DNA of 41,292 nucleotides from a virus (Duplodnaviria; Heunggongvirae; Uroviricota; Caudoviricetes): IMG/VR virus record IMGVR_UViG_2718217862_000001; one strand, 5' to 3'. Shown piece by piece: positions 20,265 to 29,021 of this stretch (position 1 is its first letter; each line of letters starts with the position of its first letter). The notes under the pieces were generated by a model. It saw only the letters and a program-made list of their open reading frames with translations, ran no database searches and was not told where the DNA came from. The position numbers and the translations under genes were made by a program.

Positions 20265-22022
20265 TCACAGAATTAACAGGTCCTCATCAGGATCAAGCGT
20301 GGACAGAAAGTCATTCACGCCCCCGCCATTTACCAGAAAGCGGCTCATGGCCGTAAAAAGCGCAACAGGGCCGTCGATTTTGGCTTCAGGCGTGGATTTA
20401 TTCGGGAAGATGTTGTCGTTTTTGTCCGGTTTTACCGTAACGTTAGACATCATCCAGTTCATGACCGGATGATTGCTGTGATGGAAACGCCCGGCATAAA
20501 CCAGTGATTCCGTTTCCTTCATGGCCTCTGACAGATTGCGGACCGTCTGCGGAACCTCCACCAGCGGTATCCCTTCTTCAGCCAGTGCCAGGCTGAACTG
20601 CATTGCGCTCCACGGGTCAAATCCCAGTTCCCTGAGGTTTTCACCGCCAATCCATTCCAGTAAGTCACTTTTTATCTGAGCATGATCGATAACATCACCA
20701 TCCGTCAGGATGAGCTTATCCATCTCCGCCCACTTCCGGTAAAGTTCTGCCTGCTGCCGCGAGCATCGCTCCAGCCGTCCTTCCGGAAGCCAGAATTTAA
20801 AATCAGCATGAACATGTCCGTTATCGGTTCGCCAGAGTTTTGCCGCCGCACAGATATCAATCTTATGAGCAAGGTCGACGCCGACCCACATGGGATATGT
20901 TTTCAGCTCATGTTGTGGAGCAATGTATTCGCACTTCTCCCACTTAATCATATCCATCCAGGCAGATTCGGCAGTGACCCACACATTCATGTGTTTGGTA
21001 AAAAAATTCACCCGCGCAGAGACCTGCTCCTTCGCTTTTTTCGCCAGACGACGCAGATCATCCCAGCGTTTACAGATGCCCAGGCCAGGATTCGCTTTCT
21101 GCCAGACCGTTTCATCAAACGGATCATCTCCCTCATCGAGCGTGTAAATGATCGCAAAGTAGGAGTCGTCTTTTACCGCGCCCTCCACGTCGCTGTTATA
21201 GCCTCGCAATACCTTAATGGCGTAATCGCGCTGCTCGTAGCAAATCCCTTCCTTGTTAAAGCCAGCCGTGGTGATGCCAAATAACAGAGACTGCAGACGG
21301 GCACCGGTTGCCGTTTCCAGAACGTCCCACACGTCACGGGTTTTATGAGCATGCAGCTCATCAATAATGGCGCAGTGGATGTTCAGACCGTCCAGGTTGT
21401 TTGCATCCGAGGAAAGCGGTTCAAATTTTGATGCGCTCTGCTCCTGGTAAATCGCCAGCTTGTTGAAATCAAACAACCGCCCGAGTGTCGACCGGGCTTT
21501 TCTGACCATATTTTTGGCGTCTTCAAACACAATTCTGGCCTGGTCACGCGTGGTTGCGGCTGAATACACCTCAGCCCCGCCTTCACCATCTGCCCCCGTC
21601 ATATACAGACCGATACCCGATGACAGGGTTGATTTTGCGTTTTTACGGGCAACTTCGTTGTATGCTGTCCGGAACCGGCGCACCATCACCGGGCGTCCAC
21701 TGCCATCGCTGCGCATGACAACTTCCCCGGTTTCTTCATTCACCAGCGGAATGACAAAACCAAAAATATTAATGAGGATAAACACATGCCAGTCCATCAA
21801 CTCAATGGGCTGACCTGCCAGCGCCCCTTTCACATGGGGTACAAATTTGTAGAAATTAAGGATGTGCTGTGCACGGGGTTCACTGAAATAAATCCCCCGC
21901 TCTTCGCCGTACTTCAGATCATCAAGAAAACGCTGGCAGGCCAGACGGACAAATTCGCCAGCAACAATTTCTCCTGCAACAACACGTTCGGCGTAGCGGA
22001 TCCCGTCAGCCACTTTTGCCAT
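20265..22022 (-). CDS. Terminase large subunit
   Basis: 585 aa, N-terminal ATPase region, C-terminal nuclease region, overlaps TerS stop. Confidence 0.9.
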   Translation of the reverse strand: MAKVADGIRYAERVVAGEIVAGEFVRLACQRFLDDLKYGEERGIYFSEPRAQHILNFYKFVPHVKGALAGQPIELMDWHVFILINIFGFVIPLVNEETGEVVMRSDGSGRPVMVRRFRTAYNEVARKNAKSTLSSGIGLYMTGADGEGGAEVYSAATTRDQARIVFEDAKNMVRKARSTLGRLFDFNKLAIYQEQSASKFEPLSSDANNLDGLNIHCAIIDELHAHKTRDVWDVLETATGARLQSLLFGITTAGFNKEGICYEQRDYAIKVLRGYNSDVEGAVKDDSYFAIIYTLDEGDDPFDETVWQKANPGLGICKRWDDLRRLAKKAKEQVSARVNFFTKHMNVWVTAESAWMDMIKWEKCEYIAPQHELKTYPMWVGVDLAHKIDICAAAKLWRTDNGHVHADFKFWLPEGRLERCSRQQAELYRKWAEMDKLILTDGDVIDHAQIKSDLLEWIGGENLRELGFDPWSAMQFSLALAEEGIPLVEVPQTVRNLSEAMKETESLVYAGRFHHSNHPVMNWMMSNVTVKPDKNDNIFPNKSTPEAKIDGPVALFTAMSRFLVNGGGVNDFLSTLDPDEDLLIL

Positions 22023-22504
22023 CAGTCTCTCGCTTTTAAAAGCTCTGCCAGCGGATCAACATCATCCGGTCCGGCGGTATTTACTTTCGCCCGGCTTGCC
22101 GGTGACATACCAAACTCTGCAAGCATCGCCCGAATCCGCTTCCAGGCATCAGCCTTCATCGCAGCAGCCGGGTGTGCCTTGATCAGCACATCGCCATTCT
22201 GCGTTTCCGTGCGGTAGGTATAACCCTCAACATCGAGTATTTCGCAGTGATGCCGGTATTCGGTGTAGGCTTCCACCAGTAACTCGAGCGCACGTGCATC
22301 GAGCTGAGAAATGATCCCTTCCGCATTCAGCTCTTCCGCCATTCGCCTGAACCAGTACTTCCCCTGCGCCCCTAAATGTTGCGGAATTTTAGGGAGACCT
22401 TTTTCATCCTTTTTAGCGGTTTTTTTGGAGTCTTTAACTGGCCGCTTTGAGGGGTTACCTCGTATCAAATGCAGGCGTGGCGGGGTTTTCGGGGGTCCAG
22501 ACAT
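22022..22504 (-). CDS. Terminase small subunit (P27 family)
   Basis: 160 aa, basic N-terminus, directly upstream of TerL. Confidence 0.85.
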   Translation of the reverse strand: MSGPPKTPPRLHLIRGNPSKRPVKDSKKTAKKDEKGLPKIPQHLGAQGKYWFRRMAEELNAEGIISQLDARALELLVEAYTEYRHHCEILDVEGYTYRTETQNGDVLIKAHPAAAMKADAWKRIRAMLAEFGMSPASRAKVNTAGPDDVDPLAELLKARD

Positions 22505-22651
22505 AATCGATTTTACCTATCAATCATTTAATCACATTCCAAAAAAAAGTTTTCGAACCTGCGGCGATGCGAGGAAAGGTCAGGCGGCGGTACTGAGCAG
22601 CCAGGGTTGCAGAGATTTGACCTGCCCCTCCCCTACAGATGGGAACTGTTA

Positions 22652-23002
22652 TCAATTGAGGCGTTCGCGCGCTGTTTTTGCTTTATGACAGGGCCAGCAC
22701 AGACTCTGCAGGTTACTGTCTGCATCCGTGCCACCATGAGCTTTCGGAATGATGTGGTCCACAGTTCTGGCTTCAACGGCTCTCCCATTGCGCAGGCAGT
22801 TCTGACACAGATGATTATCACGCTTCAGTATGCGCGCACGTATGGCATCCCATTTCGAGCCATAGCCACGCTGGTGGCGGCTCAGTCCGCGTTGATGCTG
22901 TACCCATCCTTCGCCACGATGTTTATCGCAGTAACCAGAACTGTCTGTGGTTGTACCTGCACATCCACGCTTACGGCAGGCGCGTGGGATTCGTGGGGGC
23001 AT
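22652..23002 (-). CDS. HNH endonuclease (terminase-associated)
   Basis: Cys pairs plus H-N-H motif (DHIIPKAHGGTDADSNLQSLCWPCH); start set at MPPRIP with GGAG upstream; track ORF begins at an unlikely TTG. Confidence 0.8.
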   Translation of the reverse strand: MPPRIPRACRKRGCAGTTTDSSGYCDKHRGEGWVQHQRGLSRHQRGYGSKWDAIRARILKRDNHLCQNCLRNGRAVEARTVDHIIPKAHGGTDADSNLQSLCWPCHKAKTARERLN

Positions 23003-23527
23003 ATGTACTCCAATGAAGAAGCCACCGACATAGCCTCCTCCATTCATAGTGAAACTATTTTCATCTACCCAGTAATGAATTCTTTGTAGAGTTGTGATCA
23101 ATACAACTCACTAATGGAGAGGCTTGTCCAACACGTTGGACAAGTTTCCTGTTTGATTTACTGGACACTATAGAAGGACAGAATGCCTTCATCACTCGAA
23201 TAACATCAATTAAGGAGGTTCAACATGTTTCATTCCACAAATCATCAGGCTGTAATTATGGCTGCATCAGCTTGTGCCACAGACCTTTTCCGCTTCACTT
23301 TGAGCCTGATTCATTTCTACCTGACCGGCTCGCCTCTATCTTTTTAATCCCCGCTTTATCCAAATTGCATTGCCAGAATGCCGACAACAGACTGACATTC
23401 AAATCCTGACTACCTCCAATAGGCTGAGCATCCACCTATATAGTTTTAATTTTCATCAATCCATTTAACTATCGTTTAATTGTTGTCACATAGGATTCTG
23501 CCGTTTTTAACAATGCAGGATAATAAG

Positions 23528-23821
23528 ATGAAAAAAATGTTGTTTTCTGCCGCTCTGGCAATGCTTATTACAGGATGTGCTCAACAGACGTTTACTGTTG
23601 GAAACAAACCGACAGCAGTAACACCAAAGGAAACCATCACCCATCATTTCTTCGTTTCGGGAATTGGACAGGAGAAAACTGTTGATGCAGCCAAAATTTG
23701 TGGCGGCGCAGAAAATGTTGTTAAAACAGAAACCCAGCAAACATTCGTAAATGGATTTCTCGGTTTTATTACTTTAGGCATTTATACTCCACTGGAAGCG
23801 CGTGTGTATTGCTCACAATAA
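23528..23821 (+). CDS. bor: Bor lipoprotein (serum-resistance, Iss-like)
   Basis: MKKMLFSAALAMLITGCAQQTFTV... matches lambda Bor as recalled, lipobox LITGC; opposite strand between Rz and terminase as in lambda. Confidence 0.9.
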   Translation: MKKMLFSAALAMLITGCAQQTFTVGNKPTAVTPKETITHHFFVSGIGQEKTVDAAKICGGAENVVKTETQQTFVNGFLGFITLGIYTPLEARVYCSQ

Positions 23822-23852
23822 TTGCATGAGTTGCCCATCGATATGGGCAGCT

Positions 23853-24314
23853 CTATCTGCACTGCTCATTAATATACTTCTGGGTTCCTTCCAGTTGTTT
23901 TTGCATTGTGATCAGCCTCTCTCTGAGGGTGAAATAATCCCGTTCAGCGGTGTCTGCCAGTCGGGGGCTGGTTGCATTATCCACGCCGGAGGCGGTGGTG
24001 GCTTCACGCACTGACTGACAGACTGCTTTGATGTGCAACCGACGACGACCAGCGGCAACATCAGCGCGCAGAGTTTCATTTTCAGCTTTCGCATTGGCTA
24101 ATTCTCTCGAGTACTTTGCATCGAGTGCAGCAACATCACGCTGACGCTGCTGCATGTCAGCGATAGTGGCGATCGCCTGCTTCAGCTCACTGACTTTTTT
24201 ATCACGCTGTTCTTTGTAGGCGATGGCGTTATCACGGTAATGATTGACCGCCCACGACAGGCAGACGATGATGCAGATAACCAAAGCATAAATAATCGCG
24301 GCGACTCTGCTCAC
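23853..24314 (-). CDS. Rz: Spanin, inner membrane subunit Rz
   Basis: Very similar to lambda Rz as recalled (...[21 protein letters not shown]...QKYINEQCR); GTG start overlapping endolysin stop. Confidence 0.9.
   Translation of the reverse strand: MSRVAAIIYALVICIIVCLSWAVNHYRDNAIAYKEQRDKKVSELKQAIATIADMQQRQRDVAALDAKYSRELANAKAENETLRADVAAGRRRLHIKAVCQSVREATTASGVDNATSPRLADTAERDYFTLRERLITMQKQLEGTQKYINEQCR
23912..24094 (-). CDS. Rz1: Spanin, outer membrane lipoprotein Rz1 (embedded in Rz, +1 frame)
   Basis: ...[30 protein letters not shown]... matches lambda Rz1 as recalled. Confidence 0.85.
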   Translation of the reverse strand: MRKLKMKLCALMLPLVVVGCTSKQSVSQCVKPPPPPAWIMQPAPDWQTPLNGIISPSERG

Positions 24315-24844
24315 TGCTCTATCCCCCAACAGGCTAATGCGCTTTCCTGGTCACGACGAATAACCTGTCCATAGCAGTTATTTGAACGTATGCGGCAATC
24401 GCGCCCACCATCTTTTATCCACCAGCGAATCGCCTCGCATGCGCCCTTACGATCACCGGCATTCAGCCGCTTATAAAACGTCGACGGGAAACACTTACCG
24501 GGGCCAATGTTATAGGGACAGAATGACGCTATACCCGCTTTTTGTGGTTCGGTCAGTAGTACTTTAATATTGCGCTCCACCCATGCCAGCGCCTTATCAC
24601 GCTCAATGGCGTTGACCTGGTCGCATTTTTCCTTCGACAGTTTCATACCGGGAAAAACGGGTTTTCCATCCACCATCGTGGCACCCCGACAGATGGTCCA
24701 GATGCCGGACCCATCGCGGTATGCCGTTGTGTGGTTACCTTCTTTTTCATCCAGAAACTGGTCGAGAATATCAGGCGCGGGCGCACCGACGGCAATCAGT
24801 GCCAGAACGGCAGCCGACAGGCCGTATCTGATTTTTGCGTTCAT
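24311..24844 (-). CDS. R: SAR endolysin (phage lysozyme with N-terminal signal-arrest-release helix)
   Basis: 177 aa, N-terminal [17 protein letters not shown]-8-D-5-T lysozyme catalytic pattern. Confidence 0.85.
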   Translation of the reverse strand: MNAKIRYGLSAAVLALIAVGAPAPDILDQFLDEKEGNHTTAYRDGSGIWTICRGATMVDGKPVFPGMKLSKEKCDQVNAIERDKALAWVERNIKVLLTEPQKAGIASFCPYNIGPGKCFPSTFYKRLNAGDRKGACEAIRWWIKDGGRDCRIRSNNCYGQVIRRDQESALACWGIEQ

Positions 24845-24907
24845 GGATATTTATCAGGATTTATCGGTTTCTGCCCACGGACAGGTTTATCTGTTCCGGT
24901 CAGTGAC

Positions 24908-25258
24908 TTAAGGTTGTGATTCCGGAGGAGTCTTCAGAGAACCAGTAATTCTTCCCGGTAGCTTTCCTTTGTAGGTTATCCATACATTCTGCGCCTCTAA
25001 AATTACGGGGCGCTTTTCCGGCGACTGCTCATCCCCTTCACATAACCCGGCAGCAACATCCAGGAAGACCTGTCTGATACTCATTCTGGCTGCTGCCTCA
25101 TAAAACTCCAGCGCGGCACCTTCAACACGGTCCAGCGAGATGTCCAGGTCAAAAATTTCACCGTCAAAGCGTTTTTTGTCCCGTAACGCTAAAGTTACCG
25201 TAACTTTATTCTCAAAATTGCGGATCCCTTTCACAATCAGTTCATAGTTTTGAGTCAT
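24908..25258 (-). CDS. DUF1327 / YdfR-like protein inserted between holin and endolysin
   Basis: 116 aa, resembles recalled Qin YdfR; RBS GGGGAGAG. Confidence 0.6.
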   Translation of the reverse strand: MTQNYELIVKGIRNFENKVTVTLALRDKKRFDGEIFDLDISLDRVEGAALEFYEAAARMSIRQVFLDVAAGLCEGDEQSPEKRPVILEAQNVWITYKGKLPGRITGSLKTPPESQP

Positions 25259-25262
25259 TGAA

Positions 25263-25478
25263 TTACTCTCCCCGTGCCGCCTTACGACGGTCCTCTCTGA
25301 TTTTGAAATACAGGTTAGTCAGATATGTCAGCAGCCCAAACAGCAGACTCCCCAGCACGCCTATTGCCGCCCACTGAGACGGGGAAACCCTGTCCAGCAA
25401 CTGCAGGAACCAGTAGCCCGTTCCCACCGCTGACGTGGTGTATGACACACCTGTTGTGATTTTTTCCATCTGGTCCAT
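25263..25478 (-). CDS. S: Pinholin (phage 21 S-like) with dual start
   Basis: 71 aa from MDQMEK..., two TM segments, C-terminal [14 protein letters not shown] matches S21 as recalled. Confidence 0.8.
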   Translation of the reverse strand: MDQMEKITTGVSYTTSAVGTGYWFLQLLDRVSPSQWAAIGVLGSLLFGLLTYLTNLYFKIREDRRKAARGE

Positions 25479-25785
25479 ACCCCGTCTCCCGTTATCCGGA
25501 AGCTGACAACAATAAAAAAGCCACCAGTTAACTACTGATGGCTCTGATAACTCATGCAAGCGTCTCAGACGATCCACTGACACTACCGGTGAGTTTAACG
25601 ATACCTTCCATTTGACTGGCTCACTTTTTATGATGATGCCGGTGTATTTATCTCCAGCACCAGACTTTCTATCTCAACGCCATACGTTGCATTTTTGGTA
25701 ATATCCGTCAGCGTCAGTGCATTTAGTCCCACTGCCAGACCGTCTTTTATGGTCTGGAATGCCGGGCCAGTACGATGACGTAGTA

Positions 25786-25974
25786 TCACTCCGGCTCAGT
25801 TGCACCACTGACCACCACATCACCTTCTGCTGCAATCGCCTGCATCAGGGTATAAGGGGTTATGGCCACCGGACTACCAAACGGCTGCCAGCCCTCTTTC
25901 AGTTTATGTGTCAGCTTTTCCGCAAGATCTGACGGCGGCGCCGCCCTGACAACATCATAGTGTTTAAATGCCAT
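25786..25974 (-). CDS. Small hypothetical protein (DUF1737-like)
   Basis: 62 aa from MAFKHYDVV..., KEGWQPFGSP motif; just upstream of the lysis cassette. Confidence 0.45.
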   Translation of the reverse strand: MAFKHYDVVRAAPPSDLAEKLTHKLKEGWQPFGSPVAITPYTLMQAIAAEGDVVVSGATEPE

Positions 25975-26234
25975 GGTTCTTTCCACCATCTGAAAAATAA
26001 TTCTTTAAAATACCAGACATGTAACACAGAAAAAACACAAAACCATACCTTAAATAGAAACCTGATCATCAAGCAGATATGCATGGATAAACTACAAGAC
26101 GAGATATAAACCACCCTGCATTTAAATAAACAATAAACAACATCAGAAAAATAATTCTGCTCTATGGTTTATATTCAAAAATATCATTTATACTTTTCAG
26201 AACATCACCAGCAAGGCATAAACAAGGAAGCTAA

Positions 26235-26570
26235 ATGAAGTGGATTGTAATTGATACAGTTATCCAGCCATCATGCGGAATATCTTTTTCAGTCATATGG
26301 AGTAAAGTAAAATTAATAATCTGGTATCAATCGGATGCTTTCTTACCTCCTGAAAGTATATTTACACTGACTCACACAGGTATCATGCTCAATAACAAAG
26401 TGCTACCTGTAACCATTTACAACGTAGTACCATTCAATAAAACATTCTGGAATTTAATCAAAAACAGCCAGGAATGCCCTACAAATACAGATAACGTATT
26501 GAATGAATGCTTTAATAACCGTTGCATTCTGCAAATATGTCCTTATGGACTAAAACAACAAAGTCCATAA
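26235..26570 (+). CDS. Hypothetical Cys-rich protein in an AT-rich island (moron candidate)
   Basis: 111 aa, RBS AAGGAAG 5 nt before ATG, six Cys, markedly AT-rich, opposite to late transcription. Confidence 0.4.
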   Translation: MKWIVIDTVIQPSCGISFSVIWSKVKLIIWYQSDAFLPPESIFTLTHTGIMLNNKVLPVTIYNVVPFNKTFWNLIKNSQECPTNTDNVLNECFNNRCILQICPYGLKQQSP

Positions 26571-26599
26571 GGAGTTTACTCACATCTGACAAAATCAAT

Positions 26600-26870
26600 A
26601 TAAACAGCCCCTCCGGAGAGGGGCTGGAGAGTGGCGCTATGTGCCATTGCATGGTGCCGGGTGCCTCCCGGTGAATTCAGTACCAGCACCTGAATCCGCG
26701 ATTATCCCATATACCTACTCGCTGATTACCCCTCCGCACAGGGGGATTCACCATGCGAAATTTTTTAACAAACTTCCCGCCGGCCAGACAATAATCGCCA
26801 GCCTGAATTATGAGCAACGTGGCATTTTACGGGAAAACTGTTTTCTGCAGTAAAAAGGCCCGCCGGAGCG
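26600..26870. repeat. Copy A of a ~200-bp duplicated non-coding element ending in a GC-rich hairpin
   Basis: Shares GCATGGTGCC.GG.GCCTCCCGGT.AATTCAG, GGGGGATTCACCATGCGA and CCAGACAAT.ATC blocks with copy B; hairpin GCCCCTCCGGAGAGGGGC at 26607-26624. Confidence 0.6.
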
Positions 26871-27059
26871 AGCCTGGAAGGATAGCGGTCATGTGATGCC
26901 GGTTTCCCGGTAACTCAGCATCGGTATCTGAGTCAACGTTTTCTCTACTGGGTCATTTCCGATACGTTCCGCCTTCCGGCAGACTTTCATCACGTCAGAA
27001 AATATAGCACCCTGAGTAACAGGACAGTACTCAGAATTCAGGAAACTGTGACACATCCT

Positions 27060-27300
27060 GCACAGAAAAGCCCCTCCGGAGAGGGGCTGAAGTATAGCCT
27101 AATTTCTGTCTGTCGCATGGTGCCAGGGGCCTCCCGGTAAATTCAGCCTGTCTACTGAATTTGCATGTTCTCTGGATCATACACTTTGCCAGATGCCCCG
27201 CCGCTGAGGGGGATTCACCATGCGATGTAATTTTTAACAAATTCTCCGGCAGCCAGACAATCATCAAGCTGTGGAATTGTGAGGTATTTAAAAATTTCAA
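27060..27300. repeat. Copy B of the duplicated non-coding element, with terminator-like hairpin
   Basis: Same conserved blocks as copy A; on minus strand hairpin GCCCCTC-tccg-GAGGGGC followed by TTTTCT at 27061-27087. Confidence 0.6.
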
Positions 27301-27603
27301 CGGGTAACTGATACCCTGCTAATCGCCTGATGCTTTCTTTTTCAGCAACGGGAAAGCAACAACCACACACCCGCCACCAAAACACCATCAGACAGCACCG
27401 ACATTATCCGGCTGCTGAAGTCCACCATCACCACCAGAAACAACAGGAGTGCAACCACAGCTGCTTAGAAGGCAATTGCTCTGCCCGGCTGAGCTAACAA
27501 CGCTGAATACCGATAATGGACCGCCATCGGGGACCCGCCCCCGCACCAACAACCCTGTTATCGTGTCGTCTGCTCTTCCTGATAAGCTAATGGCGGTTTG
27601 TGA

Positions 27604-27679
27604 TGGTGGCCCTTGCTGGATTTGAACCAGCGACCTGGCGATTATGAGTCGCTCGCTCTCACCACTGAGCTAAAGGGCC
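27604..27679 (-). tRNA. tRNA with CAU anticodon (Ile2/ileZ-like; could be scored Met)
   Basis: 76 nt; hand-folded cloverleaf with 7-bp acceptor stem, D stem GCTC/GAGC, anticodon loop CUCAUAA, T arm GCTGG-TTCAAAT-CCAGC, 3' CCA. Confidence 0.85.
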
Positions 27680-27721
27680 GGGAGTAGAATAATAACGGTC
27701 CGTAATTAATTCCGCAATAAA

Positions 27722-27746
27722 AAACCCGCTCGGCGGCGGGTTGTAG
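27722..27746 (-). terminator. tR'-like rho-independent terminator downstream of Q
   Basis: Minus strand CCCGC-cgccga-GCGGG followed by TTTTTTATT. Confidence 0.5.
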
Positions 27747-27787
27747 AAACTCTTCTAACGTCAGGCATAAAAAGCCCATTATTATGA

Positions 27788-27817
27788 CGAATTTACCACA
27801 GATTCCGGAAAAATCAA
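27788..27817 (-). promoter_or_regulatory. pR'-like late promoter
   Basis: TTGATT, 16-nt spacer, TAAATT just after Q stop; lambda pR' -10 is recalled as TAAATT. Confidence 0.4.
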
Positions 27818-27822
27818 CCTTG

Positions 27823-28644
27823 TTACCTAGTTACCTTTTTTAACTGCCGCTCAGCCCATGCTTCTTCAATATCAAACCGGGTCACCAGCGCATCATAGAA
27901 TTTCTTAACTGTTTTTTCCCATGACGCGCGTGTTATCTGGTTTGTCACCTCGCATATAGCATTAAATGTCTCCGTTGATGGTAGTCTTTCATAGCCACGA
28001 CCACCACAACGCTGGCAGTCTCTGATAACAGGCATACCACGTTTTACCGACTCTTCACGATGAATGGCGACACCACGCCCACGGCAATCCTTACAGGCGG
28101 TGGAAACCTCACCCTTTCCGCCACACTCCGGACAGGCAACTTTTACCACCTCCCTGACTTTTTTCCATTCTTCCCAGTAAGACGAATACACACCTTTCGT
28201 ACACTTTGCCCATACCGGCGGCTTACCATCCGGATACTGGACCTTGTTTGTAAAAACTACGCTTTCAATAAATTTTTCCCCATAGCAACAAGGGCACTGC
28301 TTTTTACTCGCTGCGCTGCGGGCATAATCCTCAAAAGCGTACGAAGCCATAATGCGCATCACTAACGGTTTTATTTCTGCCGGAAGTTTTCTCAACGCCG
28401 CAACACGATCGCACCGACTGAGTGCATAATCTGCCAGTAATTCTGTTGCCCGCGCCCTGTCATTCATACTGATGCCCATTTTCCCCAGGAACGCAGAAAA
28501 CCCCATCTCAGCCCGATTCTGTGTCATGCCCTGCGCGGCCATCACATCAGTGATACTCAGCGCATCTTTTGACGTTGAGGCCGATGCATCGGTCAGGCCA
28601 GGGGATTTTGGGGAGTAGTATTTCGGTAAATCTTCCAGTTTCAT
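27823..28644 (-). CDS. Late-gene antitermination protein Q
   Basis: 273 aa, Cys-rich zinc-binding region (CPCCYGEK...CPECGGKG...CKDCRGRG), position upstream of pR'/lysis. Confidence 0.8.
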   Translation of the reverse strand: MKLEDLPKYYSPKSPGLTDASASTSKDALSITDVMAAQGMTQNRAEMGFSAFLGKMGISMNDRARATELLADYALSRCDRVAALRKLPAEIKPLVMRIMASYAFEDYARSAASKKQCPCCYGEKFIESVVFTNKVQYPDGKPPVWAKCTKGVYSSYWEEWKKVREVVKVACPECGGKGEVSTACKDCRGRGVAIHREESVKRGMPVIRDCQRCGGRGYERLPSTETFNAICEVTNQITRASWEKTVKKFYDALVTRFDIEEAWAERQLKKVTR

Positions 28645-29021
28645 TTTTTGACCTGCTCTTCATGCATTATGGGGTAAATCTTCACCCCCAGACGTCCACC
28701 AGATACTGGCTGACCACGAACGATATTGATTTCATCAAACTGCTCATCGTCCATTAACACTCCCGCATGCGTCAGCGCATCCAGCGGTGCTTTCAGGATA
28801 TTGTCCAGGTCGCGACGACGCTTATCCGGTGGCTCTGCAATCACCTTTATCGCCAGCCTTCCGGACAGGTTTAATTTCAGCCGCTGCTGGCGAACAATTA
28901 GCGCCACATCACGGCGATAACGCTTTCCGGCCTCCGAGATGAAATACGTATTGCCATGACGTCGCCAGTAGGTATTCACCGTCGGCGGGTAAGGCAAAAC
29001 AAATTCTATGCGTTCAGTCAT
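28641..29021 (-). CDS. rusA: Holliday junction resolvase RusA
   Basis: 126 aa, RRRDLDN motif and overall similarity to E. coli RusA as recalled. Confidence 0.85.
   Translation of the reverse strand: MTERIEFVLPYPPTVNTYWRRHGNTYFISEAGKRYRRDVALIVRQQRLKLNLSGRLAIKVIAEPPDKRRRDLDNILKAPLDALTHAGVLMDDEQFDEINIVRGQPVSGGRLGVKIYPIMHEEQVKK

Noticed and set aside
20682-21284. 200-aa plus-strand ORF
   Set aside because: Antisense to the large terminase gene
25911-26114. 67-aa minus-strand ORF in the AT-rich stretch
   Set aside because: Trp/Phe-rich low-complexity translation of AT-rich DNA, no RBS
26600-27300. CRISPR array
   Set aside because: Only two copies of a long (~200 bp) diverged element with unique internal sequence; no short regular repeat-spacer structure
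27340-27600. Possible additional tRNAs (argN/argO-like) downstream of the tRNA(CAU)
   Set aside because: A D-arm and anticodon-like segment with UCU anticodon is visible near 27440-27500 and a 7-bp acceptor-like pairing near 27521-27595, but I could not fold a T-arm or full cloverleaf; at most a degraded remnant. tRNAscan-SE would decide
25990-27600. Shiga toxin genes in the Q-to-lysis slot
   Set aside because: The layout resembles Stx phages, but no ORF pair of the expected size (~320 aa A subunit plus ~90 aa B subunit) or any long ORF is present
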